Shown here in pieces: positions 51,901 to 64,000 of a DNA stretch of 64,000 nt. This stretch comes from Lepidodermella squamata (lineage: Eukaryota; Animalia; Gastrotricha). The translations under genes were made by a program, and so were the position numbers. The stretch covers positions 2,480,001-2,544,000 of the forward strand of contig JBLDXI010000020.1 in assembly GCA_047495785.1 (NCBI GenBank). Direction: 5' to 3'. The notes below the pieces were generated by a model, which was not told the origin of the DNA, made no database searches, and saw only the letters and a list, made by a program, of their open reading frames with translations. Within the stretch, counting starts at the first letter, position 1; each line of letters starts with the position of its first letter.

Positions 51901-53447
51901 AATAACTAACAGTTTCTCTTTCATAGGCAATTCTCAACTAACGTGATTGTAAATTTCCTTCCACTTTTCGCAGCATTCGATGCAGCTATTCAAATTCTGC
52001 AAACTGGATTGGACGTAACCATCGAAAATTCTGTCCAATGAGATGGCTTTGCAACACTGCTTGATAATTTGGTTGCTGATCTTTTTGAACAAAGCAGTCA
52101 AGCGATCGGGTGTTTTGTAAAACTCAGAATTCGTCCAAATCATGCGAATCAAGTTGACCAGCTTAGGAAGCTGACGGGGGATGTCTTGAGGCGTAGCATC
52201 CGCCAACTCGTAGCAGGGATCTTTCAAGATCAGCAGGAACTTCAAGTTGCTCTCGGCTTGCATGCTGCCAACTTTAATTTCATCGGCTATTTTGATAAAG
52301 GCTTCCAAGTATGCCGATTTTGATATCTCCAGAATGCCACAAATACGTTTAATATGTGGATTATCGAGTTGCTTGCTGATACCCGTCAGGTCAGCGCAAC
52401 GGTTTTTCCAAAATTCGATTTCCGCGATCGGTCCAGCAGATTCATCTACTTGAAGAGATTCTTGGGCAGACAATACCTCGCGGATTTGGCGAGTCCAATG
52501 AATAGCCGCGGCTGAAATATGAATTAAAATGATAGATCAGCTCATTTCGAGAAATATTATGAAACCTACCCTCTAATCGCTGGACAAACTCCTTGTCTTT
52601 AGCTGCGACTTTGGCATCGAGATGCTTCCCTTCCATAGGAATATACAGCACAGTTTTACCCTCAATCTTCCATTTTGTATCAGAAAGACTTGACAGAAAT
52701 TTGTGAAGTCCAGCCGTAAAATCACTTCTAATACTGTCTGGCCAACGCTGACGCTCGAAAATCGTCGGCGCTATGATGTTAGACATTATTCGAAGAAGCG
52801 AATCCAAATGGCTCAGCTTTACAGTCATGTACGTTATCAGACTGTTAAAATTTTCCGGCGTGACTTCCTCGTCATTCCGGTGTTTGAAAAATATCATCAT
52901 GTCTTCACTTGGATTACGAGGTAGCTCGAAACTCAGAGAAAGCGAATCCTCCATATAAGCCACAAGAAGCTTTCTGCCAGGGTCATCAACAAACTTGGCA
53001 ACCCAGTCATCGTGATCTTCAAGCCACATGTCTGGCTTGTAACCAGCCAAGGAAACAGTGTTTCTAAATCTTATTTTCTATATAAAAAGTGGCTTTACAG
53101 ATGGCAATCCAGTGAATAAATTAGCATACCAGTTGGTCGATACGCGATAGCTCGGGAGGTGCAGCAGCCACTTGACTTTGCTCCTCGATATTTTCTGCGG
53201 GATTTTCTTCTGTTATCAGAAGGACTTTCATAAATATTTCTCATAAAAAACGCGATGTTATACCAAGAGTCATTTCTCCTTCGGGTTTTTCGCTATCTGG
53301 CCTACTGGAAAGCATTGCGCCAGTATCACCTCCAACTTTACTCGCTCGTCGGCTTGAGCTGCGCGATCCACGACCCGACTTCGGAGCATCGCCATCAGCA
53401 GGACTCGCGGCAGATTGACCGCGGCTCCCTTTGCCAGCTTTACTCAT
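36930..53447 (-). CDS. DNAH2: Axonemal dynein heavy chain, DNAH2 (inner arm I1/f beta) type
   Basis: Multi-exon, all junctions traced were GT-AG. FPRFYF, AAA1 GPAGTGKT and CFDEFNRI, AAA2 GKTLSGKS, FDGPVDAVWIENMN, AAA3 GIVGTGKT, AAA4 GIGGSGRQSL, stalk coiled coil, C-terminus HWVKRGTALLMSLDS. Confidence 0.92.
38677..38751. repeat. interstitial telomere-type (CCCTAA)n tract in a DNAH2 intron
   Basis: About 12 hexamer units, mostly perfect CCCTAA, with degenerate units upstream. Confidence 0.9.
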
Positions 53448-53768
53448 AACAGATTAGGTCGTTTCAGTTTCAATATAAGTTTTTTATCTAGAAACGGTTG
53501 AATCAGCTTTATTTGACGCTAGATGGTAAAATGGGCGATTGATAAAGTAACTCAGATCCTTCACGCAAATCTTGATATTGCATGATCTTGCGCATATTCT
53601 AACCTTCCCTTCAGTTCTTGACCATAACCGTTTAATTTGGCTCGAATAGAATTTTGCAGTACAATGAATAGCGGACGACACTGACCCCGAGGCGGATTCA
53701 GCGGTTCAAGGCGCCACCCGGCAGAATCAACAGGGTGTTTGGAACAGGGTTGGCAAAATGCATGTAAC

Positions 53769-53782
53769 GTCGTTATGGAAAC
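53769..53782 (-). promoter_or_regulatory. RFX X-box upstream of DNAH2
   Basis: GTTTCC-AT-AACGAC on the minus strand fits RYYNYY-WW-RRNRAC, about 320 bp upstream of the dynein ATG. Confidence 0.6.
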
Positions 53783-54616
53783 TGCAAAATGCACTTGCAC
53801 AAAAATAGAATAAAATAATATAAAAACTAATTTTGAAATAATTTACATTTTAAAATGTCATAAGCAAATATCTCATGAAAAGACAGATCCTGTTTTTTAG
53901 AACCTTTTTTTTGGCCGCCGAAAAGCCGCTTTTGGCAACCCGAGATTTTGCCTGTGGAACCGGGAAACTACACTTGGCGCTTGGCGCGCATGTGATATTT
54001 GACAATTGGTAACTTTCTGCCAGTGCTATGATGTTTGCGTTTTTTACTAGCTGTTGTCTCTGGATCGCAGGTCGCAGTCCATCCATTTAGTCATGATGGA
54101 TTTGTGGTCTCTGATTTCATTTCGGTGTCACTCGCATACTCGAAGTACGGATGACATCGATTGACTTGAAATGTAGGTGATTCCTACAAACTGCTGCTTG
54201 TAACTTTGAGTGTTGCTTGGGACTCTATGTTCGATGGAGGAAAGAGGAAAGAGGAAAGAGAAACTCTGGCTAGTGAGTTATGAATAAGTCAGAAGGGAGG
54301 AGTGAACACTGAGCACTCAGCCAACACTCGGACGAACCTGAAGTTTGGTATTGTTATTTTTGACACATCTCTTTTTGGTTATTTTTGCCCTGCGCAACGC
54401 ATTGCCTGACGCCTGACTCTTGAATAGATTAATCTCTTATTTACTTCAGCGTACACTCGCGATCTGTAGCTCTGTTCTAGCTCTGAAGGCTCTGTATTTT
54501 GGGAAGAAGCCTGTTTTATTTAAACCCGATCTTTCGTTTTATTATAGGTTCCGTATTTATTACATATCGATATTCATTGATCAAACTATAATTGCGACCA
54601 CGCCTGAAGTTTTACA

Positions 54617-56925
54617 ATGGATCAGGGTAGACAGTCGCTCTCAAAGCGGCGAACAATATTTTCGTTTGTGATTCGGAACGAATTTGAGCATGAGAATCGT
54701 TCGGGCGTTAATGCTCTTCAGTTTGATCCTTCGACCAATCGCATGTACACTGCTGGAAGGGACAGTATCATTCGATACTGGAACATTCGATCTAACCAGA
54801 TTTCGTTCGGCCAAAGCATGGAGCATCATACTGATTGGGTGAATGACATCATACTCTGCTGTAATGGAAAATTCCGTAAGATCCAAGGCACAATTTAATA
54901 TTTTTAATTTAAGCCTTTCATTTGCAGTTATATCAGCATCAAGTGATACTTCTCTCAAAGTCTGGAATGCTCATAAAGGCTTCTGCATGTCGACTCTTCG
55001 TACTCACAAAGACTACGTCAAAGTTCTTGCGTATGCTAAGGATAAAGAGCAAGTCGCATCGGCTGGTTTTGATCATTCTATTATTCTATGGGATGTTAAT
55101 ACATTGGCTGCTCTGACGACCTCCAGAACTACTGTTACCAGTTAGTGGTGTTTAATGTTAGATATTGGAATGACCATTCATCTTATTTACTAGCTTCCTC
55201 GTTGAGTGGATGCAAAGGCTCAGTCTATGCTCTGACTATGAATCCTAGTGGATCAATCATAGCCGCTGGCACCACGGAGAAGGCTGTTCGAGTCTGGGAT
55301 CCTCGCAGTTGCGAAAAAATTATGAAATTGAAAGGTCATTCAGATAATGTTCGATGTCTTGCGCTCAACAACGACGGAACTCAGCTTCTCTCTGGAAGTT
55401 CGGATGGAACGATTAGATTATGGTCTTTAGGCCAGCGACAATGCATTCAAACGTATTGCATACATGGCCAGGGTGTATGGACCCTCAAGGTACGATCATA
55501 CCCTGTCTCCTAATATCATAAGCATAATTGTTATCCTGAAATTAGACCGATCCGGCATTTACTACTGTATATTCATCTGGCCGAGACCAATGCGTTTGGG
55601 CCACTGATCTCTACAACCCAGAGAAAAGATTTCTTATATGCGAAGAAACGAATCCAGTTTTACGTATCGAACTTGTAAAAGAAGGCAACAAAACTGCACT
55701 CTGGACTGCAACAACTGACAGCACAGTGAAAAAGTGGAAATTTGACAGCTCAGTAGATCACACTTTACTGCCAACGGACGGTCCTGATGTTACCCCTCAG
55801 GCCGAAGAACCTGAAATTATGATAAAAGGTGCTCCAATAGTTAGAAAATTCCGCGTCCTGCCAGATCGACGTCACATTTTAACTCAAGACAGTGAAGGGA
55901 CCGTTTTTGTTTACGATGTTCTTACTGCCCGTCTTCTCGAGACATTGCCTAACTGTGATATGGACGAAGAGTACGCCCGCCGATCAACTTTTCTTCTGTA
56001 CGTGCCTACATGGTTTACAGTCGACCTAAAAATTGGCATGGTCATGATTCATCTAGACGAATCGGACGTCTTCGCTGCTTGGCTCAGCGCAAAGTATACC
56101 AATGGATTAAATTTCCCCAACTCAGATGCTGCTGATCAAAAGAGTGAGTGATTAATAATAACCTTAAAGATAAATTCTAATGTATTTTTTAATAGTAAAT
56201 TATGGAGTGCTATTGCTACAAGCACTGCTTGAGTACTGGCCGAAAACTTATTGCGCCTCGGATCAAAATTGTGAGCTTTGGTTTCTATTTTTGTTTTCTC
56301 TGAAATTACTGGAATATTTTTAGTCCCTGAAAGGAAAACTCGGTTCGGAAATGGGGGTTATTTCACAGTTCCTCCGTTCACTCCGATCTTTATAAGCGAA
56401 GCAAATGGCCGTAGCCTAGCTCGACTGCTTGTCCGAGACGCGGCTGTAGATATCGAGCAACAATTATTGAACGATTACGTACCTACTTGGATTACAGACG
56501 TTACAGTTCAGAGAACTCTGCCTCGCTGGTGCCGGCTCCAATTCGTATTACAGCCTCACCCATCTGTTGCCAACGCGCCTGGTTACAGGCAAAAGCAGCG
56601 CGACCGACTCCAGGCGAATGATACCGTTACTGTTCGCAAAATTGCTGAACATATTTGCGAGAGGGTATGACCTTATTTTTTTAAAGACACTCATTTTTAG
56701 GTTATAACTTTGCAGATTTTGAGTGATCCTGCGGTGATATCAGACATGCCGAATCAAGGCGATGGACTACCCGGGGGCCAGTCATCAATACCCTCGCCAT
56801 CTGAAATCGAAATATTCTGCGGCGAGACTTTGCTCAACACTGAAATGGACCTACGGACGATAAAACATCAGTATTGGAAACAGTCCGGCGATCCAGTTCT
56901 ACTTTACAAGCCTATGGGCAAATGA
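54617..56925 (+). CDS. WDR48: WD repeat protein 48 (UAF1, USP1 cofactor)
   Basis: [78 protein letters not shown]. Seven exons with short GT-AG introns. Confidence 0.95.
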
Positions 56926-57139
56926 ACATTCTAGTCCTTATTATTTGTGTAATGTTATTGTAATAATGTTTTGCATTCATTCCGAAGGTATTGCTCATAC
57001 AGCAATTGTCGAAAAAAGCAAATTCGCACGGCTATTTTTTACTTGAAAAAAATCGGAAAATTTTAAGCTGGAATTGTTTTCTAATTTTAGATTATTTAGT
57101 GTAAATTCGTTATGGTTCTAAAATTCTAAGGCTTTCGTC

Positions 57140-60100
57140 ATGTCGTTTCAACCGATAGAAGGCAAGTCTCTTCGTTTAGAGTTGGGAAGATTTCAATAGT
57201 CATTTCTGTTTCAGCCGATGACAAAGACATTCTGGTTTTTCATGACATTTTGAGTCAGGAATCAGTAGGGAATTCGCAGGCATCACAATCCAATGTCCCG
57301 TCATCAGCTAACAACTATTTACCTGCTCCTACCCAGCCAGTCCGTTCGTCGAGTCCATCAGAAGATTCCCCGTTGAAAGCACACGGCCAAATCGGCCCGA
57401 AAAAGCCGTCAGTCGAGTGTTGCGGGTTCGGCATTGGCGCAGTTGTTCTTGTGACGGCTTCTCTAGTGCTAGCATTCTCGCTAAGTATCGGCCTGATCGC
57501 ATCTATTCGATTCGGACCACCGCAAATTCCGCCATTTGGCGCTGTTGTCTCGCCGGCGAGGGAATGTTCAGAAATCGGCTTGAAGTTGCTTCAGGAGAAA
57601 AAAGGATCGGCAGCTGATGCCGCGATAGCGATGGCATTATGCGCCGGGGTTGTTCGAGCCGAAAGCTCCGGGCTAGGTGGCGATGGCTTCGCAATATATC
57701 ACAACCATAGGCATTCGCAGCAAGAAGTTTACAACGGCAGGTCGTGTTCTCCAGACGATATTAGTCCGATAACGACCGCACTAGCCGCTAAACCAGCCCC
57801 AACTGACAATACGTCGAAAAACGGTTCAAACCAGCCGAGCTCGGATTTATCCGCATATCGATTGACCGGCTGGGCGGTAACTACACCGACTGAATTAGCC
57901 CTACTGGCGGCTTTACACCGAAAACGTGGCACCTTATCATGGGAAGAAGTTGTCACCCCGGTAGCTGACTTGGCTAAAATCGGCTTCAAACTGACCGAAG
58001 AAACGGTTGCTATTCTTAAAACCATTAATTTAGCCGAATTGCAGGCGAAAGCGCCGAAATTAGCTGGTTTGTATCTGGTAAATGGTGCGATAAAACCGGC
58101 TGGGTCGATCATTCAACGCCCCGATTTGGCGGAATTACTGCGGAAAATTGCGACCAGCCCCCAGAAAGAGCGATACTTTTACGAGAATGAAACGGCCCAG
58201 AATATGTATTCTGCTATCAAGGATCGATCTCCGAGTAATCAAAGCCTATTTTCAACCGCGAATTTCACTGGGAAATGCACTGCTAGTATAAAAGAGAGGG
58301 ATCCGTTAATGTCGAATTTTAGAGGCAAGTTTCTAGATTTTTTTTAAATTTATTTCGTTATTTTTATAATGGGAGATTTGAACGGCCGGATTATGAGTGC
58401 ACAAAAATCAAAAACTGTAGGCCCTTATGGTGATAACATTAGAAATGATAAAGGAGATTTATGGATTGAATTTGCAAACAGCAACAATCTGTGTTTTATT
58501 AATACGTTTTTCCCCAACATTGGGTACACATGGCAAAGGGGCAACGGAAAAACCCTTCGTAGATCCTTCTTAGACTACATCTTGGTCGATAAAAGCGAAA
58601 AAGATAAATTTGATGTTTGCGACGTTCAGGAAGAACCCATACTCGAATCAGATCATAGGCTAGTTCGTGGTGTTATTAAGTGCCCAAACTTTCAACGGAA
58701 AAAGGTTGACATTAAAAAATCAATTAAACATCATTTGCTTAGGAATGAGGAAAACAGTTCCAAGTTTAATGAAATTTTAGCTAGCAACATCGCAAATGAA
58801 AACGAAAACCCTGTCTCAATAGAAGAGAAGTGGGTGAACACTAAATCTAACCTACTGGATGCTGCCAGATCCTCCTGCGGTGAACGAAAAGTAGGCAAAA
58901 TTAGCGAAAAACCGCTCTGGTGGACACCATTAGCCAACAAAATCATTCAAAAAGGTAAAGAAAATTTTAAAAACTACACCAAGGGCCACATAGACCGAGA
59001 GAATTATACAATAGCTAGAAATGAGAAAAATCAGGCCCTTGAACGCTTGAAAATTATTAAGGATCAAACTGAATTTTCTGAATTGGACAAATTACTTGAA
59101 AATCCGACTGATTATGATAATATCAAAAAATTCTGGCTGGAAATAAAAAAATTGAGGGGAGAAAATAGAGAGAAAAGCGAACCCAATCCTCTTGAAAAAG
59201 AAGACGGCTCACTTACCAGCGGAATTGACGAAATATTAGAAGTTATGAAAAAGTATTTCATTGATCTTCTACAAGGACTTGAAAAGGAACCCAATAACCC
59301 CGACGATGAAATTCTATTAGATAAAAATCCAAATTTAACGGAAATTACTCTCACCGAAATTAAAAATGCCATCGACCACATGAAAAACGGTAAAGCCCCG
59401 GGTATAGATGAAGTAAGACCCGAAATGATCAAAGCTCTGAGCGAGGCCAATATTGAATGGCTCAGGGAAATTTTGAATCGAGCTTGGATAGATAAGAGGG
59501 TCCCAGAAGAATGGTCAACGGCTATAATTACCCCAATTTATAAAAATAAAGGTGAGAAATCAAAATGCCAAAATTACAGAGGCATCAGCCTCTTAAGTGT
59601 TGTAGGAAAACTCTATGCCATTATTCTCGAACGAAAATTGAGAGCATTAATTGGGTCAAAAATTTCTAAACTGCAATTTGGTTTTCAACCCCTCAAGGGC
59701 ACCAGAGACTGCATTTACGTTCTCCGACAAATTATTGAGAAAATTATATTCTTTAAGAAGGAACTCCACCTAGTCTTCATCGATCTCGAAAAAGCCTATG
59801 ATCTGGTGGACAGGGAAAAAGTATGGGCCGCCCTCCAAAATATGGGTGTAGAACCCAGCTTAATTGAAGCTATTCAAAGTCTATATAAAGTAAATAAAGT
59901 TGCTGTTAGAGTCGATTCTGAGCTCTCAGATTTCTTCTATGTTACCAGGGGACTAAGACAGGGTTGCCCGTTGTCTCCTTTGCTATTCATAGCGACCTTC
60001 AACAAAATTTGCGAAAAAATATCTGCTGAAAAATTAGGCTTTCCTATTAGCGAGACCGCAAACAGCGAGACCGCTATGAGCGAGACTGATTTCCTAAATT

Positions 60101-62499
60101 TACTAGCGTTTGCTGACGACGGAACACTTTTAGGCATGAACCACGACGAAATTTCACGACTACTTCACATTTTCGATTTGGCTTGCACCGAATTGGGTCT
60201 GAAAATTAACGCGGCAAAAACTCAATATATGATTATTTCTAGAGACGAGTCAGCCACTCAAAATTACGAATTGGAATTGAACGGGAAAAAACTTGAAAAA
60301 GTGACCAAATTTAAATATTTAGGGAGCATTATTACCAGTGACGGCAAAATCGATGAGGAACTAAACTACAGAATTTCTAAGGCAGGCAGTGTTTTCGGCG
60401 CCATGAATAAATTCATGTGCAACAAAAGTCAGGTTTCCATAGCTACAAAACTTAAGGTACTGACATGTGTTATAATACCTACCATCATTTACGCCTGCGA
60501 ATCGTGGAACATATCGATAGCCCAAGAAAATAGACTAAACACTATAGAATATCGATGGCTTCGATCTATAGTAGGTGTCCACCTAATGGACTATATTCCA
60601 AATATAGACATTCGACTTGCGTTATGCGGAGGTCTCATTGAAGTGAGCCGCATTGTTGAAAAACAAAGGCTAAGGTATCTAGGGCACATAATTAGGTCAC
60701 GAGACTATGACGTAGAAGGACTAATACGCAAAATATATATTTGGACGCCTCCGCTTGGGTGGTTTGCACCCAGAGGCAGACCTCGAACCAGATGGATCAA
60801 CGGAGTGCATAGAAGCCTAATTAAAGTAGGTCTTACTAAGGAAATTCGCCGGAAAAAGAAAACCAATAAGAACAATAAGGTCAAGGATAAGAAAAATAAA
60901 GCCACTAAGAAACGAGAAAATAGAAAAAATCCCGGCGAAAAGGATTTTGAGATCAAAATTATTCCCGATGTCCAACTAGCGGAATCGGTTTCTTTTGTAA
61001 AAGATGAATGGCGCATGGTTGTTAACTCGATTGAAAATTACGAATTCTATACAAAAAGCAGAATCCTCGACTGTGGGGGTGGGTGAGGATCATTCTTCGC
61101 CTGCCTTCGCCCTCTTCAAAACCGGAAACGGTACACGACGCTCAGTCCCGAAGAGGATAAATAAAAACATTATTATTATTATTATCGTTATTTTTATTTT
61201 ATCGAAAAACCCTAAATATGAGTTTGCCAAATAGTTCCAACAGGAAATGGAAATAAATCTTTTGATGGTTTGTTGCTTAATTTTCCGGAAGAGTTGAATT
61301 CGATCCTTGAAGAGCTTTTAAATGAGTGGAAGCTGGTTTAAATCTGCCTTGATAAATTTATAATTGACCAGTTTTATTAATTTGTGTCTATTTTATTTTC
61401 AGAATATTCGCTGATTTATCCTGGCCTGCCTAGCGCTGGAATTGCAGTGGCTGAAATCGTCGGAATTCTCGCGTTAAATTACTCCAAGTCAAAAATGTCG
61501 AACGACCAGTCTGATATCCACCAGATCATCGCTGAAGCTACGAAATTCGCTTTTGCAGATCTATTCCAGCTTCCTTCTACCGCATATTCCGACGCTCAGC
61601 AGCTCACTAAGTTTGCCAATTTTCTAAAATATTTGATAAGTTTTATTTTTCTTATGCTAAAAATTTAGTGAGACTCGGTGGAAAACAATATTATCAATGA
61701 TCGACCCTTCAAAAGTTCCTACAGAGTGGGACAAATACTCGCTGCGTGGTGGTCAGCTATCGGCACTCCCTCAGGCTGAAACCACCGGAAATTTCATATC
61801 GGCTCTCGATGAGCGGGAGCAATTTGTTGCGTTGACCCTCAGTCTGGGATCTCCATTCGGCTCGATGATATTCACTCCCGATGGCTTTGTGCTCAATAAT
61901 CACATGGAAGCATTTTATTACGATAATAAGCTCAAGTCACATGTAAATTGTATCTAATATTTTTGATTATTTTTATAATAATTTTTTTACAGCCGAATTT
62001 TGTTGCTTCGAACAAGCAGCCGTGGTCTATTCAAGCTCCTATTATCGCTCATGTCCCCCAAAGTTGCAAAATCCGAGCGGCGGTAGGTGCCGTTCCTTAC
62101 GTCCCCACCGAGTATTCGAAGAAATCGTCGGATAAAGTTGAAAAAGTGGCTGTTTCTTCTGCCTGGCACGTCATTCCAAACACAGCCGAGGTGATATCTC
62201 GACTTCTATCGGGCAAAGAAGCCGCCTCAAAATCGCTAACGCGTTGGCGGTATTCGCCGTTGCCGTTAACCGGCGATCCCCGGGTTTTGTTGGTCGAAGG
62301 AAATTTTACGAATGCAACGCAATACTTCGGACCTGGAAGCAACGCAATGAAAGGGCTGGGTCTATACGACATTGCGACTCAGGAAAGTCCGATGGCAATA
62401 GCTGGGTTGGTTATGAAAGAATCTGACCACATCCTGGACAAATCGGACCCTCGAGCGCCGTCCTATGTGCCGCTTCATTTCGGCACTGATACTTCGTGA
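57140..62499 (+). CDS. Gamma-glutamyltransferase family protein (GGT7-like, type II membrane), probably catalytically degenerate
   Basis: Exons 57140-57161, 57215-58324, 61403-61610, approx. 61668-61943, 61993-62499. TM anchor, GSAADAAIA, SSGLGGDG, RPDLAELL, SPFGS..GFVLNNHM, DPR. Confidence 0.8.
58368..61184 (+). mobile_element. 5'-truncated RTE-clade non-LTR retrotransposon in GGT intron 2
   Basis: Uninterrupted 905-codon ORF: partial APE (GDLN, LDYI, SDH) plus RT (KAPGID, NYRGISLL, DLEKAYD, GLRQGCPLSP, FADD, KYLGS, GRPRTRW). (ATT)n tail. 13-bp TSD TCGTTATTTTTAT at 58355-58367 and 61185-61197. Confidence 0.95.
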
Positions 62500-63189
62500 T
62501 TCCAATCATTATTCATCATGCATATTTTCTCACTTCTTTCGCAAATTCCTGTTTAAAAAAGAAACTGATGTCATTTTTTCTTCTATGTGTGCCTATTATA
62601 ATCTGTAGACTATTCAATCTCAACGTGCGATGTTTGTGCGGATCGGGTTGTTATTTTTTCAATGAGGGGTTTTTCGGAATATTTTTATTTGTGCAAATCG
62701 AATCTTGTTCGGGAATAACATCATTTTTTGCCTGATCTTTGTAATGAAAAAAAACGTTTTATTTCGACCGGTTATTGCGAAAAATCCAAACGACATGAAA
62801 ATCGAGCGGCTTATTACCCTCTCATATTTTTTCCTAATTACTGCTTGGTAAAAAAAAACTGAAAAATAAGCTTTTAATAATTGAAATTCCTAATATTTTA
62901 ATAGCCATTGAGTGAAACGTAGATGTGTTTGGTAGTTTTTGTCTTGTGATATTTGTTGAGTTGCCGAACGTTTGGTTATCAAGAAGATTTATATCTAATG
63001 GTTGTTTAGTTTGTGGCGTGTTGAAACTGTATGTCACCCCTGTATTTATACATAAGTTTGCGATATCGAGGCAGCCGTCCAAATGTGTATAATAATTTTG
63101 TTATAATCTCGACTTCGGGTGCTTTATGAATGGTATATTATTCGGCGGAAATTTGCGGAAAGTCGTTGGATCTGAATAAAAATGGGTCA

Positions 63190-63550
63190 AAGCAAGTTAT
63201 TTCTTTTTAATGTTGCTGCTGACGTGGTTTTTTTGAACGCTTTGCGCTGTTCAAAATCAGTGCTATCATGTGACCAGAGCTGATCGAATTTCTTCGCCTG
63301 AGGAAAGATAGGGCGAGGTCTAACTGACAAGGCCTTTATGGTCGAATGGCAGTATTGCCTAATGTCCGATGGCATTAATGGCCAATGCCTGATTCAGAAA
63401 TTATTGTTCCGAGAAATTTGACCTCTTTTAGAAATCGATAATTCTGGGGCTTCAAGAGCATTCCTGACTTGAGAATCCTCGACAGGACTTCTCTTATGGT
63501 CTTTCTTAGTCTTTCTTAGTCTTCGATAGTGTCTGCCTAAATACAGCGTG
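63190..63550 (-). mobile_element. Decayed Ty3/Gypsy pol (RT C-terminal) fragment
   Basis: Manual translation gives TIREVLSRILKSGMLLKPQNYRFLKEVKFLGTIISESGI (typical post-YxDD/primer-grip segment), then a frameshifted W..FE..K..TSA segment. Stops and frameshifts present. Confidence 0.6.
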
Positions 63551-64000
63551 TCCAAGAGGTTGCGCAACTATTCAAATTCAACTAATTTGTTTAAATCAAC
63601 CTACAAAATTGACCTAACCGAAGAAATCAACAATTTACCGGAGAAACCCCGGAAAACCCCGACGGTAACTGGTTCGGTAATTTTCGGTATTTTACCCCGT
63701 TGTACCAAATTTTTCCGGACTTTTTTAATCCCATTAACAAGTGACATAATAAGACTTAATAAGTACTTGATTACTATTCTCGTGATTTTAGGAATTTTCT
63801 GAGGCCTCTCATTTTAGATTTTCTGAGCCCTTTTCCATGTATTTTCTTTGCTTGCGTTATTTACGTGACACGCTGTATTGATGTCATCATGTCCAACGAC
63901 ACACGTATTATACAAGAGGCCGTCAAGAAGTTGGTTCACATGATTTTGCATGTCATTCGATGCATTTTTTATTCCGAATTGCATTCGAGTACAATTTCTG

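Noticed and set aside
58325-58371. GGT-RT fusion protein (the two ORFs share a frame)
   Set aside because: TAA at 58345-58347 separates them, the TSD shows a plain insertion, and a shared frame has a 1-in-3 chance.

Overview
Gene-dense segment of a compact animal nuclear genome (standard code, many introns of about 50 nt, TTAGGG-type telomeric repeat). A small ciliated invertebrate is plausible, but the taxon cannot be fixed from the sequence. Gene order: partial membrane-protein gene (+), JMJD6 (-), GBE1 (-), ABCD4 (-), CSTPP1/C11orf49-like (+), synaptojanin (-), two tandem intronless class I CPD photolyase genes (-), a peptide-receptor-like GPCR (+), Pax6 (-), DNAH2-type dynein heavy chain (-), WDR48 (+), a GGT-like gene (+) carrying a recent 5'-truncated RTE LINE in a GC-AG intron, and a decayed Gypsy RT fragment. 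The strongest candidate for a novel system is the photolyase pair. Both look like microbial (fungal/gammaproteobacterial-type) class I enzymes rather than the class II type typical of animals, suggesting horizontal transfer followed by duplication. One copy carries CRY-DASH-type active-site substitutions (M345Q, W384Y, DPR loop). The pair lies 119-148 bp from the next co-oriented gene in an operon-like, possibly SL trans-spliced, array with synaptojanin. All exon boundaries were read by eye and family calls come from remembered motifs, not database searches.
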